Below, one piece after another: positions 1-12,680 of a stretch of 64,000 nt of DNA. This DNA comes from Lingula anatina. Taxonomy: Eukaryota > Animalia > Brachiopoda. A program made the position numbers and the translations under genes. Each line of letters begins with the position of its first letter. The first letter of the stretch is position 1. Where the stretch lies: positions 48,304,401 to 48,368,400 of the forward strand of contig CM120641.1 of the NCBI GenBank assembly GCA_051362555.1. Reading direction: 5' to 3'. Below the pieces are notes generated by a model. It saw nothing but the letters and a program-made list of their open reading frames with translations, did no database searches and was not told where the DNA came from.

Positions 1-329
1 TTCTGTATTAACATAATTTCTGTATTAGACCAACAGATACCTTTTTAACTAAATGAAAACTTAAGTACCAATAGTAGCATGAATTTTTAAAACTTCCCAT
101 TGTTTTATTTTGTTTATCCAAAATGTTTTAAACATTTACCAAAAGGTTCATAGCTGACACAAGTATCTTATTTCCACTTATTCACTATCAATGATTAAAT
201 GGTTGGGCTAGAAATTTCATACGTTAAGATTAAGTACAGGCAACACATTCACCTAATGCAATTAGTCCAGAGAAAGAAAACTGAAACTTCATGATTATGT
301 TCTATAGCATATCATCTAAAACAACTTAC

Positions 330-1062
330 ATTGTGCTAACATCAAGTTTTGGAGTTCCATCATTCGATTTCTGTTCTTGTCTGTTTCTCATTTGAATTTT
401 CCTTCTTTCTTGGTCTTTTTTATAAAAGGTTGTCCGGAAGGGTCCAGCTCCTTGAACTTTGCTGGACGGAGGGTGAGGCACGAGAGGCTGGAGCAAATAA
501 ATTGTTTTGAAAACAAATCAACATTAAATAAAAGTTTTTATCAGCAGATACGTTGTAATTAGTGACCATCAACTCTTCAAAACAAGAGACATTCTAAGTC
601 AATGAGAAAATTGTTTATCACTCGCATGGAACCATACATGAATCTTCTTGTCCAAGACATAGTGTGTTATCTCATAGGTAGAAATCTTACCTGAGAACTA
701 TCTCCATTAGGCACTGCAATTCCTTTATTGCTGATATTCTTATATATCTGTACAACCTTAGAGCTAGCTGGGGTGTTGTAGAGTCTAGACATCAAGGCAT
801 TTCCCCGGCCAGCTGCTGGCATGGGAGGCTTAGCCAAACCAGTTGTAGCCACTCCATTTTGATTTGGTGAGGTATCAGGTGGTGTCCCCTGGTCCAGTGA
901 GGTCTGATCAGGCATGTTCCCAAAGCTGGAGACAAAGCTAGTCTCCCTGATGTTGGGTGTGGGGACAGGGTTCAGATAAGTGTCTGTAGGTTCCCTCTGC
1001 AGGCCTGGGGCCATAGAGTAACTGGACTGGAAAGAGGACCCTGTGTCTGGCTTTCTCTCCAT
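330..1062 (-). CDS. 5' coding part of an unidentified multi-exon protein-coding gene (continues beyond the window start). Coding exons 691-1062 (MERKPDTGSS...GDSSQ) and 330-487 (PLVPHPPSS...LDVST); probable non-coding first exon ending at 1517
   Basis: cag|ACC ATG acceptor at 1066-1067, GTAAG donors at 689-690 and 328-329. The phase-0 junction keeps the frame open across both exons. Low-complexity Ser/Pro-rich N-terminus; no recognisable domain. Confidence 0.65.
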
Positions 1063-1599
1063 GGTCTGGAGATGTAAAATAATGTATGACAAAAAGAGTG
1101 CTAGCAAAATACAAACCACAGAGTTTTTCATGCAGCTATAATAGTCCAATTAAATAAAGTGCTGATTTATTTATTTATTTTATTTATAAATTTTTTATTT
1201 TTTTATTTATTTTATTTATTTATTTATTTATTTATTTTGCAAGTGTGCCTTAGATTATACTCACTGCTGGTTAGCTAGAAGTGTAAAAAGCAGCATATAT
1301 CAAAGGCTGTAAAGGTGTACATCAATTAGGCATATGCTACTTTCACAAATACTAGTTCTTATAGTGCTAGCATATCATAAGATACATGTACATGTAAGTG
1401 GCAGTGCAACTGACATTCAAACTGGGCGCCCACGGGCACCTGCTGTAACTGCTGCAGGGAGTTCTACTATATTTAAAAGTATATATAACATATTAAAATA
1501 TAAATATGCACTTTACCTTTCGGTGCTCGCAACAGAGGTGCTATTAAAAGTCAAATACTATGCACACTTCATAACTATCCGTAGGAATTCACTTTTGTT

Positions 1600-1700
1600 G
1601 TCGTCGTCCATGTTGTTTCTTTCTTGACAACTTTCCCACAATGCCTCAATCAGGAAATGGAAAAATAGGTCATCTGGTGACCCAATTTTACCTCGATCGC
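1600..1700. promoter_or_regulatory. Compact bidirectional promoter with a ZNF143/Staf-like SBS motif (TTCCCACAATGCC, 1633-1645)
   Basis: Divergent splice donors flank it: 1515-1516 on minus and CAG|GTATGT at 1745 on plus. Locally CpG-richer. The motif matches the ZNF143 consensus known from bidirectional promoters. Confidence 0.5.
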
Positions 1701-2055
1701 ATCAATCAACGAGTCTTGGATTCCCTTTCTTCTTCCAATTGCAGGTATGTATATCAATTCGTGGTAAATTTGATTTAATATCATTATGTTAGTTTTCAGC
1801 GACTACTTGATGCATTACTGTAAAGACTCCAAAGGCGGCAGCGAAAGGGTGTGAACGTTGTTGTAAGGACCTAGAGACAGTGAAGTGTATGTAAATATCA
1901 GCATCAGCTGACATCCTGCTGCTCGACAACCCGCTGGCCTTGGCTTTGTGCGGGCTGTCCGCCACAAGTTTAAAATTACCTTAAATGTTAGGTTTTTGTG
2001 GCATTGATGCAAATGTAAAAAAGAAACACTACATGCAATTTTTAGCGTTTAAACC

Positions 2056-2103
<48 letters not shown>

Positions 2104-3677
2104 TAAACAACTTAAAACTTTTAATGAATAAAAAGGTTCAGCACGGGTAATGTCTTGCTAACTAGGTACTGTGCGTATTATAGGTATATATTATTTGCCC
2201 TACCTTCATTGCTGTTGTTTTTCACATTATTAAGACCTCTAGCTAGAATAGCACAATTGTGGTTTACTCCATATACTAGTATGTAATTCTGTAATCGTCA
2301 AATGTAATACATTAATCTAATTCCACAATACATGTGATATTATAAAAGTAGTTTATACCATTTCATCACAGTCAACTAGGGAATTATATTTTATCTCTAT
2401 TAGGCATGGTGTTAATACTCTTATCATTTGTATTGATTTGTGATTGAAGAGTAATATGCAGTATCAAAATAGCATTAATCATATATTGTCAATCACTGAA
2501 CACTCATTGTCAACCACTGCATCTAATCAGTACCTTTGTATTTTATATAAATAAATCACATCCATATTGTGCAATAACAGAATATTTTATGTAAAAGTAT
2601 TGTCCAAAACTGTGCTGTCAAGTCACACTAAAATGAGTCATGTGCAGATGTTAAGATAGTAGAATTTTGTGGTAGAAACCATATACTTATATACCATGTA
2701 CATGTACTTAAATGATATTATAATAGCTGTCATATACTGAGAATATGTATGAGTGGTTGACAGATTTCTGGCATATCTGAGGTCTTTTCCAGAACTGTTA
2801 TTGCATATGTCAGTGCATGAATTCCTTCATATTGTCTTGTTCACTCTCTAGTCCTAGCCTGTCAGTGTATGCATAAGTTAATTATTCATTATTACTTATT
2901 AATTGACCTCAAACAGTGTCACGCTATCTGTAGTAATCATAAACTCAGTGCACAAGTCCCTGAATATTCTTAAAAATGGACAGCTAAACTTATCAGCTTC
3001 TGAGTGTCAGTCAAGTTGTACATCCAGGTCATATATTTATCTTTCCCTTATGTCCTTAGCTAACCAAGGACTTCTGTTGAATAGAAGTGGTTGAGATAAC
3101 ATGTCAGTTTATTTCTTGTTTCTAAGTGCCCTCTCCCCTTACCCAGCATTAGCTCTGATAGCTGGTGCTGTCCTCGTGTGTTATTTTTAGAACTCTTCCT
3201 GTCAAACCATTTTATCATGATTCACACATCTCGTGATCATCATATTTATTCACAATGCAACCACATGTCTCTCCTCACATTGAGTTTCCACCCTCCATAA
3301 CAGTATTGTGGTAATTGCACTTTTCAGTAAGTACTAGCACCATTTTGATTTAAGAATTTACTAGTATTAATTTCACAAAAATTGAATTTTGATTTTTATA
3401 TGAAAATTTATGAAATTGTTGCAAAATTCTCTTGGCCCCTTAGATAATTATATGATGCATGAAAGTGTTGTGCATCTCCTTCTCATTTCTAATAATATCA
3501 AAATTGACATTAGCTTTTCCATTTGGGTGGTTTTTGGTATTATATCCAGATACCAGTAGCAAATTTATCTGCATATCTAAAAAGAACCAGTATAATATTT
3601 TGTCAACATTTCACGTAAAAAAATGGATTTTTGACTTTTTGTTCTAGTTTGAGAGAGAAAAGAGCTATACAACTAAA

Positions 3678-3896
3678 ATGGCTAACTGTGGGTGTTTATG
3701 GAGCATATTATGGTTTTTTATCCTTATCATCATCGGTTGGCCGATCGGAGCATTTTGTGCTGGCTGGTATCTTCTGTTCAGTCCTTTCTCCGCCTGCTGC
3801 AGTGCATTGGATGGTTTAATAAACCTTCTGGAGAAAGGCCTCAAACTGCCATTAACTTGTGCACAGAATATGGTGCACCAGAAATCACTGTGTTAG
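3678..3896 (+). CDS. 72-aa Cys/Trp-rich small membrane protein, paralog A (single coding exon)
   Basis: aaaATGG start; hydrophobic segment LWSILWFFILIIIGWPIGAFCAGWYLLFSPF; 3' splice site ttctag at 3646-3647 just upstream. 61/72 aa identical to paralog B, with many synonymous differences. Confidence 0.85.
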   Translation: MANCGCLWSILWFFILIIIGWPIGAFCAGWYLLFSPFSACCSALDGLINLLEKGLKLPLTCAQNMVHQKSLC

Positions 3897-4058
3897 GAAG
3901 ATCAAGGACGTGACTGATTAACTTGTTGACGACAGAAAAAGGTGAAGGACTAACTCGTCAGGGAATCCCTAATGTCATGCTATTACGGTGTGACTGGTTC
4001 AGTGATGAATGATGTTTGTATAATATTGTAGTAACTTGCAAAGCTAGGCCCAACTTAA

Positions 4059-4321
4059 AGGACCATTCCCAGACCCTATTGTATTAACTGTGGATCGATC
4101 TTTTCCCCGAGGGGATTCTCACTAAATTGCAATCAACTAAAGTGACTTAGATGTCGCCATGCCTACTGAAGCTGTTATGGGGTAATCAACTATCGTTTAC
4201 TAGTAGCAGCTTCATAAGGCATGCCAGACATCAAAGCTGCTTAATCTGAATGCAATTTAGCGAGAATACCCACGGAGAAGGGGCGCTCCTGCTATATCAG
4301 TCTAGTTATGGGAATGGGGTC
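4059..4321. mobile_element. Palindromic PIF/Harbinger-like MITE (family also at ~28000-28213 and ~52481-52701)
   Basis: Terminal inverted ends aggaccattccca / tgggaatggggtc flanked by TAA. Internal inverted segments ttctcactaaattgca / tgcaatttagcgagaa are shared with the other copies. Confidence 0.7.
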
Positions 4322-5193
4322 TAAGTCTTATTGTGAAACATACCCCTTGTCACACTCCTGGGTATATTAACCTTAATTATTACTTAAAGATGCATACAAA
4401 GTCAATTTTTTGTCACAAAAACCAACCAAATGCCAGCATATATATAGTTTCAAGTAGTATAACTAAGAGAATTACCAAAAGGCATTGTTTAATTTTACCC
4501 AAAAATGATGTTTGAACAGATTTTTCTGCCGGCATTCTAAGCTGTATGTCAATGGGGCAGGAAAGTAGGTCACGGAAGTAGGTTAAATTTACAACCATAA
4601 ATTTAAAAAAGGAGCAGTCTAAAGGTCTTTTATGGCTGATAGAGTGATCTATTCAGTTTATCCCTTGGCATGTCGAATTTATATGAGTCATATGAGAATC
4701 TAGTAGAAGTGGTTTACATGTGTTACTCGGCATCCACACTCCACCGATGCTCGGTTCGTATGTACCTTTAACAATGACAGGTGCCATTTCTTATCACTGT
4801 GGCATATAAAAATAAATATAAACATAAGTATGAAAATACTATAGTTAAGGAAGGTGAAGCAGAATTCATATATTTAATATGATTCAAATGTATGTTAGTG
4901 TTTAACAGTATGCTTGGCACAAAGACTGACTTATTTTATGTTTTTGTATAGTGACTCCACAGGAAACATTTTTAGGGAAGTTCTTTGTCAAGAAAGAATG
5001 ATAATTGTAATGTTTCCAGAGAAAGGCATGAGGACAATCAATGAAGCTTTATATAAATTTTGAATTAAAGTAGAAACATGTCTGCAATAACTTACATAAT
5101 CAGTGTTATGTGCTCTTATTTCAGATTCTTAAGAAAATTGACACTGTATATTTGCTTTTCTGTTAACAGGGAATTCACATCATCAACATCACA

Positions 5194-5412
5194 ATGGCCA
5201 ATTGTTCCTGGTTGTGGAGTATATTATGGCTTCTGATCCTGTTCATCATCGGCTGGCCCATAGGAGCTTTCTGTGCCGGCTGGTACCTTCTTCTCAGTCC
5301 CTTCTCAGCCTGCTGCAATGCGCTGGACGAACTGATAAACTTGCTTGAACGAGGTGTCAAATTACCATTGACCTGTGCTCAAAATATGGTCCACCAGAAG
5401 GCTTTGTGTTAG
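5194..5412 (+). CDS. 72-aa Cys/Trp-rich small membrane protein, paralog B (single coding exon)
   Basis: acaATGG start; 3' splice site ttttctgttaacag at 5168-5169. Same length and C-terminal LC* as paralog A; divergence is mostly at third codon positions. Confidence 0.85.
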   Translation: MANCSWLWSILWLLILFIIGWPIGAFCAGWYLLLSPFSACCNALDELINLLERGVKLPLTCAQNMVHQKALC

Positions 5413-7208
5413 ACAGAGGCCTGGGGAGATTGTGATTATGTGAAGCCTGGAGAGATTGGCCGATGGCTTATGCAAGAAAGTCTTTTGAACTCAAGCAATA
5501 GGGATGTTGCAGTGTGGTGAGACCAGTATAGACATCACAGTTAATCCCAAGATGACGAACTGGTCAGAATTCCTTGAACAAGTTAACCAGAAAAATTGGA
5601 TCACGTAAAGAGACATTTCTTTAATACCAGATGCCACCTGATATTAGTGTATATAGTCCGTCTTTTTTAAAAAAAACTTTTCTTTGATACAAAACATCCA
5701 GAAAAAAATTGCTCAAATTTTGATTATTTAATGAAAGTTGAAATATCTTGTTATTTGTTAATTAAAATTTTCTTTGTGATAAAATGAAAAAGGTTTGGGT
5801 GAAATGGTGCCTGGAAAAATCACTATCTTGTCAGCAAATAGGTCACGTATTGGTAATCAGGCCATGTGGAGTAGTGAGAAGAGATAGGGAAAACAGAACA
5901 CAGATACCTGTACAGCAAACACTCTACCAGCATAGCTGATATGTATGTACTGTGTGCACCAGTATCAAGTACTACCTATAAAACAAGTGACAGTTCACCG
6001 TCATCACACAACACTCATCATCTGATAAAGTAGATGAAAGCAAACAGGATGCCAGAAAAAGTACTTTATAGATTCTTTGGGAAAAAAATCCATTCCACTT
6101 TGTCATTTTCAGGGCCAAGTTCTGCTTTATTACCAGGTTCAAAGAAGATAGTTGGCAATGTAATTTTGTTAAATTGGTATCAGGTTCTCTTACTATATAA
6201 TTGTAGATTATACTAGTACCTCCTTTATCAATAGAAGGATGACATGTTATTATTATTATTAAGCCACAATCTATCCAACTCACCTTATGATAGTGGATGT
6301 CAGTCTAATCAGTCTTAATCATGACCAAATGTCACAAATTACTTGAAGGCATTTTTAAAAAAAAGTATGTTATATGAGAAGACATTAAGACAATAATTTT
6401 GATTTACAACAGTGTTAAAATGTTTATCAATATTCAGTGCAGCCATATGGTAAAGCATTGGCATTTTTTCATTGACAATATTGTTTAATGTCAATACTTC
6501 ATATACTCCGATCATGTTGATCTAGAATGTAAATTGATTTTTTTATACATCAACCATATTGTGCCATTTATTATACAAATTACTTATAAAAAAAAAAGAA
6601 GGAACTAGAAAGTTTTCTGTTTTTCATGTTTTACTTGAGCCCTTACCAATTATTACAAATAGTGTTTTATATACACATTCCAAATTACATGAAACCCATT
6701 TTGGAAGATCAAATCCAAAACATTACAACAGTAGTGAAATGCTAAATGTACGTTGGTACACAGAATCTAAAAGCTTAAATCATTTCTACATAATTAAGTA
6801 TAATTTGTTTTTTGTATAAAAAATGAATTAAAATACAACTTCAAAGAAATTCCTAATCCATGACATTCAAACAAGAGTCAAATACAATCAACTTCACATG
6901 TACTCTTTTAACTACAAATACATTACCAGTTAACATACTTATTTACAGTTAAAAACATAAGAAAGCTTGGGCATTCTGTACACTATATGCTGCCTTTTGT
7001 ACACCGCTAAAACTAGGGTCGTTACAATTTCGATGCTGTAAACATGTACCAAGGATATAAAAACCAACAGATCTAACACCACAAAATGATGTGATGTCAT
7101 TCCTCCAGCATACCACTTTAAAAAAATTAGTCAGTAACTATGGCATAATGACATGGAGCTGGTGGAAATGTTGAAAGTTTTTCCCCCCATTTTCTCATTA
7201 GAAGTCAC

Positions 7209-10200
7209 TCAGGCATTGGCTATTTTTCTTCTTTTCAGCTGCAAGTCATATTTCTTGTTTGCCCGGTGAAGAGAAGCGGCTGCTCGTCTGTCCTCCCTGT
7301 GAGAAAAAAATAATAATCTGCATTTAATAAACAGACACCTGTTATATGGGGTTGCCAGAAATGGAAACACCCTCTTCTGTAATAAAGTTCTCAAGCCCAT
7401 AGTCCATTTGAGATACCTGTTAAAGTCAAATCTCGCCATACTTTAAGATGGCAGACTAACAACACAATGCAGAAGAACATGACCAATGAATCCAAATTTT
7501 GGACAAAAAGAAAAACCGAATGTATTGCTCGCCTGTCTTGAACTTGCTTTCTGTTCAATTAAAAATAGTAACATCTACAAAACATTTTAAAAAGTGCTCA
7601 TTTTCTTCAGTCAAAATGAAAAACTGAAAGAAAAAACTAGAAAGGAAAAACTGTTACTTTCAAATGACCCAAAAGGACACCATGTAATATTAAGCAGATT
7701 TTTTTTTCTCGTATGAGAATCCATATGTTATCTTCTATAAGAAAAGGGCAAAATCAATTTTCAAAAACTTACCGTGTTTGCACTTTTGGGCCCTTGTTAG
7801 CCAGCTGCTGATGTCCCTCTGTCTTAAAGTTAATGGGCTTCAATTTGCCAGTGTAGGGCTTCCAGGTGATGGGTTTAGCCAAGCTGGCCTTCAGGTCAAA
7901 TACTGGCTTTTTATTGGTCGCGGGTTGACTGGTGTCCAGGGCGGTGTTTCCCAGTGTGGTGTTCGCACCGAGGGTTGTGTTGCCAAACTTGAAGGGTGTT
8001 GCTGAAAAGGAGAAGAATTAAACAGCTGAATAATGGTTACTAACTTGATGTGAAAATCAATTTGTATTTCAATTTTTTTAACCTTTCTGCACTTATTTTT
8101 TACTTAAGTAGGTTTCGTCTGAAATACACAAGACATTAAAAGTGCCTCAACCATTTTTTTTGAAAATGTGAGGTTTGAAAAGTTGTCCAAAGAAGCTAAT
8201 AAACGGCCACCACAGATGTGATAAATTTATCAGTGAGTTTTTAAAAAAAATTTACTCCTCAAATGTCCAAATGAAAGATTATTACACTCACTTCCAATTG
8301 ACTTCCTGCTGTCTCCAATGGACTTCCTTCCAGCTCCAATTGACTTCCTGCTGTCTCCAATGGACTTCCTTCCAGCTCCAATGGACTTCCTGCTGTCTCC
8401 AACGGACTTCCTCTTGTCCATGGACTTCCTCTTCTCCTTATTCTCCTTGGTGTTGTCTCCGGGTTTGTCCGCAGCCTTAGCAGGAGACTTGACCGTCACG
8501 GCCTTTGTCTTGGCGATGCCATCCCCAGGCATAGGCCCTGTTTTGGCGATTGGTGTTTTGAGAATGCCGTTGAAGTTGAGGTTCATCTTTGAGGTGGACG
8601 TGACTGACGGCACAAATGGAACGCCAGAGTGAGGAGACTTGAACAGGGATGCTTTCACTGGTTTAGCAAACTTTGGACCCTGGAAGTAAAAATTTATAAC
8701 TGAGGCTAGGTTTTAGGTTGCATGCTGAAATATATAACAAAAGAAGCAAATGAAGCAAGTTTTTTGTGTGTTTCACACTTCTATATCACATTTTATTTAC
8801 AATCAAATATATGTAAAAAAAACGTCCCTTTAAAATATTCATATATATTTCTATGACAGATGAACGACAATGAAATTTGTCAGCAACAAATAGCTGTAAG
8901 CAGTTGTTTGTATGTATGTAGAACGAGAGTATCAAGACCTCTAAAATAAACATCTAAATTTTCTACCTTGTTTGTTGGTGTCCTGTGGTTCTTCAGTTTC
9001 TGCACTGAAGCTTTTGCTTGCTCTGTGAGCATACGGGCTTTCTTCACAGAAGCTGTGATGCTCTTTGTCCTCTCCCTCTTCTTCTCCAAGTACACATCAA
9101 TGGAGTCCATTTTGTCAAAGTTCTTTTGGTGAATCTTAGCCCAGTCCTTATTGCCTACAGATATATGTGTGTATATAAAATTCAGTAAAATTTTGCATTC
9201 AAACAACTTGCCTTTTATCAATATTTACAAAAATTTTGAACAGCCTTTTCTAAATTCACAATACATTCTAATACCTAAAAATTTTAAATGCCAGTTCCAT
9301 TTTCTTTATTCTTTTCTCATTTCTTTTTAACATAAATTGCTGCCTGTAAATTGAAAAATATTGACAGAAGCGTTCCTCGCAAATAAAAAATTGTAAATCT
9401 TTGATATTTATAACATTCAGTCAATAAAACACTGTTAGCAAACCCTATCTATTGAACTCCACACATACAGCCAGTAAAAGTAAGATAATACTCAGGAAGT
9501 GACATGACTAGAGTATTGATCTTGATGATACATACCAACAGGTTGCTGTACAAAACAGCTACAAGTTCATGCTTTTATGCTAATCAATAACTCTTTTCTT
9601 CAAGGAAGCACTATTATGTAAAAATCAAAATGTAGAGTTGGCAAATCATTAGAGTGTCCACACACAACCAATAGAACATGTCTACCAGGAAAAGTTCTGT
9701 GTCATGACCATTACCTGGCGTTACTGGCTTCTTCTCTGCCTTCTTCTTGGCAGCAAATGCAGCAAACCTTGGGATGTTGGTCTGGGTTTTTGGTTTTGTT
9801 CCTGAAAATCACCAGAAATCATCACCTACGGATGTGTCTTCAAGAATTAATTAAATAACCAGTAAAAAAAAAATTACAAAGATCAATTAGTTCAATTATG
9901 CATGGCACTGTAAAGTTTTTACAACTCACATACTCATATAAAATATGGGTACAGGACACGACAAAACCAGATGCTGCTGCTATTAAATAAATAAACATGA
10001 ATACCCTCTGTTGTTTTGTTTGCTGCTTCTTTCTTTTCAGTCAAACTAGCACTTTCCTTCCCTCCACTCAGAGCTGCAAATAACAAAGGAAGAGGACACA
10101 CATTTAGATTATACTTATTTACACATATAAAATAAGAATGAAAAATTAGCAAAAAATTACAGCAATTAACCATGAAAAATGTCTTTCATTAACAATTTGT

Positions 10201-12183
10201 TATAAAACACCCATTTAACAAACAAACAAACAAACAAAAAAGTGATAGTAAAACCTATTAGTACACAGTCAGGCAGCGTTGTTCTTTGAAGTTCATGCTT
10301 TATTCTAATTGTAGTAAGTCCTTAATGTCAAATTCATATCAAAGGAAGACAGCAAAATAATAATAATACTAATAATAAGATTTGAGAAGTTTCAAAAATC
10401 AAATGTTCAATCTGACAATAAGAGCCTACCTGGGCTTGAGTTTTTACTGGATTGACTGCTGGCAATGATAATGCTGTCCTCCTTGTCGTATGTCCCCGTC
10501 CTGACCCTCTTTGCTCTCCCTGTAGAGACACGGCTTTCTGATTGCTGCTCTTGTGGAGTGGCAGTTTTCTGGGGGAGGTGAGAAACATATGAAATTGCAT
10601 TCAACTAATTTCAACATGGAAGTTCAACAGATGAAGCTGCTTTCTTTTAAAGTAAATTTTTGTGATCATTTCCATTACCAGTATATTTCAGAGAGTAACA
10701 GATAGCATGTAGTAACATCCACAGTCCCACAGACATTTTTATAAAGTACTTATATTTGGGGGGAAAGTGCACTTTCTCAGCATTAAAATATCAAATGATT
10801 CAAACTACCTGAAAACTGTCTTCATTTTGTCTCTTTCTCTTCAATCCCTGAGCTGAAGAAGGGGTTCCCTTGCCCTTCCTGGCATCACCATCTTGTAGGT
10901 TGCTCTTGCTGCCCATAGAGGGCACTCTATTAGAGGCTGGGGACTCAGAAACTTTACCAGCAGGTTTTGGGGACGCCTTGGGTGATGATCTAGCTTCTTC
11001 TGCTTTGATAACTGACAGTCTCTTAGGTTTGGGGGTCATGACCTTGGGGGACTTTGCTGGTGTCTTGATTCTCTCCTGCTCTTGTTTGTCAGTCTCAGTT
11101 GGACTTTCATCAGCCTGCAAAAGAACGAAAAATGAAGTTAAACATGGCTAAGGTTGATAGTGATTAAAAAACAAAGAGTACTTTCGATAATTAATTCTGT
11201 ATAATTTATATAGAATTCAATTTACCATTTTCATCTTTACTCACCTTTATTTGTTTCTTCCTCTTGTTTCCTTTCTTTCCTTTTGCTATCTTCCTGGCAG
11301 GTTTTTCCTTTGGAGATTTAGCATCAGACTCCTAGAGGAAAATATAACACATGACTTCAAATATTTTCTCACATAAACAATGCTCAAAATTTAGACCGCC
11401 TAAGATGCCAGAGAACTGGACTACCAATTATTTTTCAGATTGGGTTTGTGTTACAGTTTCATGTGGTAATTATGTGCATGCAAAAGAAATAAAAAATGTT
11501 ATAGTAGTAGGATCTATTTACATTGTATATGTCTTGCTAACAAAGGTGACAACATCACCATAATTATTGCAGTTATATTATATTACCTCACTGCTTCCAT
11601 CTTTTCCTGCCAAATTATCATAATGTTTGGCAAGATCTTTGACCAATTTCTCAGCCTGAAATATGGTAAAATTTTTAAAAAATCTAAAAACTTATATCAT
11701 CACAGAATCAATAGAGCTCACAATTTCTTGCAGGCACATTTAAAATAATATTATACAAATGAAACCACCCAATGTCTAGTTCAGTTATTGCTGGGTAGGA
11801 TAGAGTGGACAGTAAAGTATACAGACTCACAGTAAGAATCAGACTTTAACAGAGAATCTAGATTGTAGATTTATTCGGATTGGTCTCCCTTCTTGGATAG
11901 AAGGTGTCGAAAATTGAAGATATTTTCCAAACAAAACTGGGTGTATTTTATCAATATTTTTCCATGATTTTGCAATATTTGCCACTGATCTCTTTGTGAA
12001 TATATAAAACATATATATATATCCAATCCAAGATGTCAATTAATTGCACTTATCAGCATCGTGTTGATATCAAACATTTCACATAATGATATTTACCTTG
12101 ACATTGGCTTTAATCCCGGCTTCTTTAGCAAGCTCCTGGAGCTTTGCGTACTTTAGTCCTTCTAGTTCATCCAAGGTATACAT
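7209..12183 (-). CDS. NUSAP1: Nucleolar and spindle-associated protein 1. Exons 12097-12183, 11587-11655, 11245-11331, 10809-11114, 10430-10568, 10005-10073, 9715-9801, 8967-9154, 8292-8679, 7773-8001, 7209-7296
   Basis: N-terminal SAP-like [37 protein letters not shown]; [19 protein letters not shown] motif; C-terminal [26 protein letters not shown]. All three match NuSAP conserved blocks; GT-AG junctions are phase-consistent. Confidence 0.92.
8293..8429 (-). repeat. Coding 21-nt tandem repeat in NUSAP1 encoding (RKS[IVM]GDS/AG)n
   Basis: Translation [46 protein letters not shown]. Confidence 0.9.
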
Positions 12184-12239
12184 GGCACCCTTATTAGAGA
12201 CTATCACCACAAGTAATGTAGATCTAAAACTTCACCATT

Positions 12240-12325
12240 TGTTTACAACTGTAGGTAGTGGACTTTCAAATTTGTCCTCGCGGAGTAATTTAAAAACGGC
12301 ACCAACGCTTTTGATTGGTCAATAT
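12240..12325 (-). promoter_or_regulatory. NUSAP1 G2/M-type promoter: CHR (TTTGAA, 12265-12270 on minus) and CCAAT box (12314-12318)
   Basis: Motifs lie about 80-135 nt upstream of the ATG. CHR plus NF-Y is the established DREAM/MMB architecture for mitotic genes. Confidence 0.5.
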
Positions 12326-12546
12326 GGAAATTCCTTTCCAAGAAAAGCCCCATCAGAACATTTTCACGTAACAATGAAACGATTATTCAAAACCATTATA
12401 CCAGGATAAATATAAATGAAATATCAATTAATATGCAAAGGAAGTCAATCTTGCAATTAAAACAATATTGTAAACAAAATGGCTTGTCTTGACCAATCTT
12501 GTCACAGACAGACAGGGCCCAGTGTCGTGCCCTTTGAGAGCTGATT

Positions 12547-12680
12547 TGTTGGACCGCCTTTGACGCCCGCGTTACAGGGTTGCCTCTACAGTTGATCCAC
12601 TTCACCGGAGAGTGAAATAACTTGTTTCCAATCTAGCGTCCCAGGGAAGGCTTGGTAATCAAAGTTACTAACTTCTTATT
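12547..12680 (+). pseudogene. Decayed fragment of a glutathione peroxidase last exon
   Basis: Aligns to 16030-16160 (cgcccgcgttacagggttgcctct...ggcttggtaatcaaagtta). Has in-frame TGA and TAA stops; no SECIS follows. Confidence 0.85.

Noticed and set aside
9480-10740. Intronic snoRNA candidates in NUSAP1 introns
   Set aside because: No convincing C/D or H/ACA box pairs with terminal stems seen by eye.
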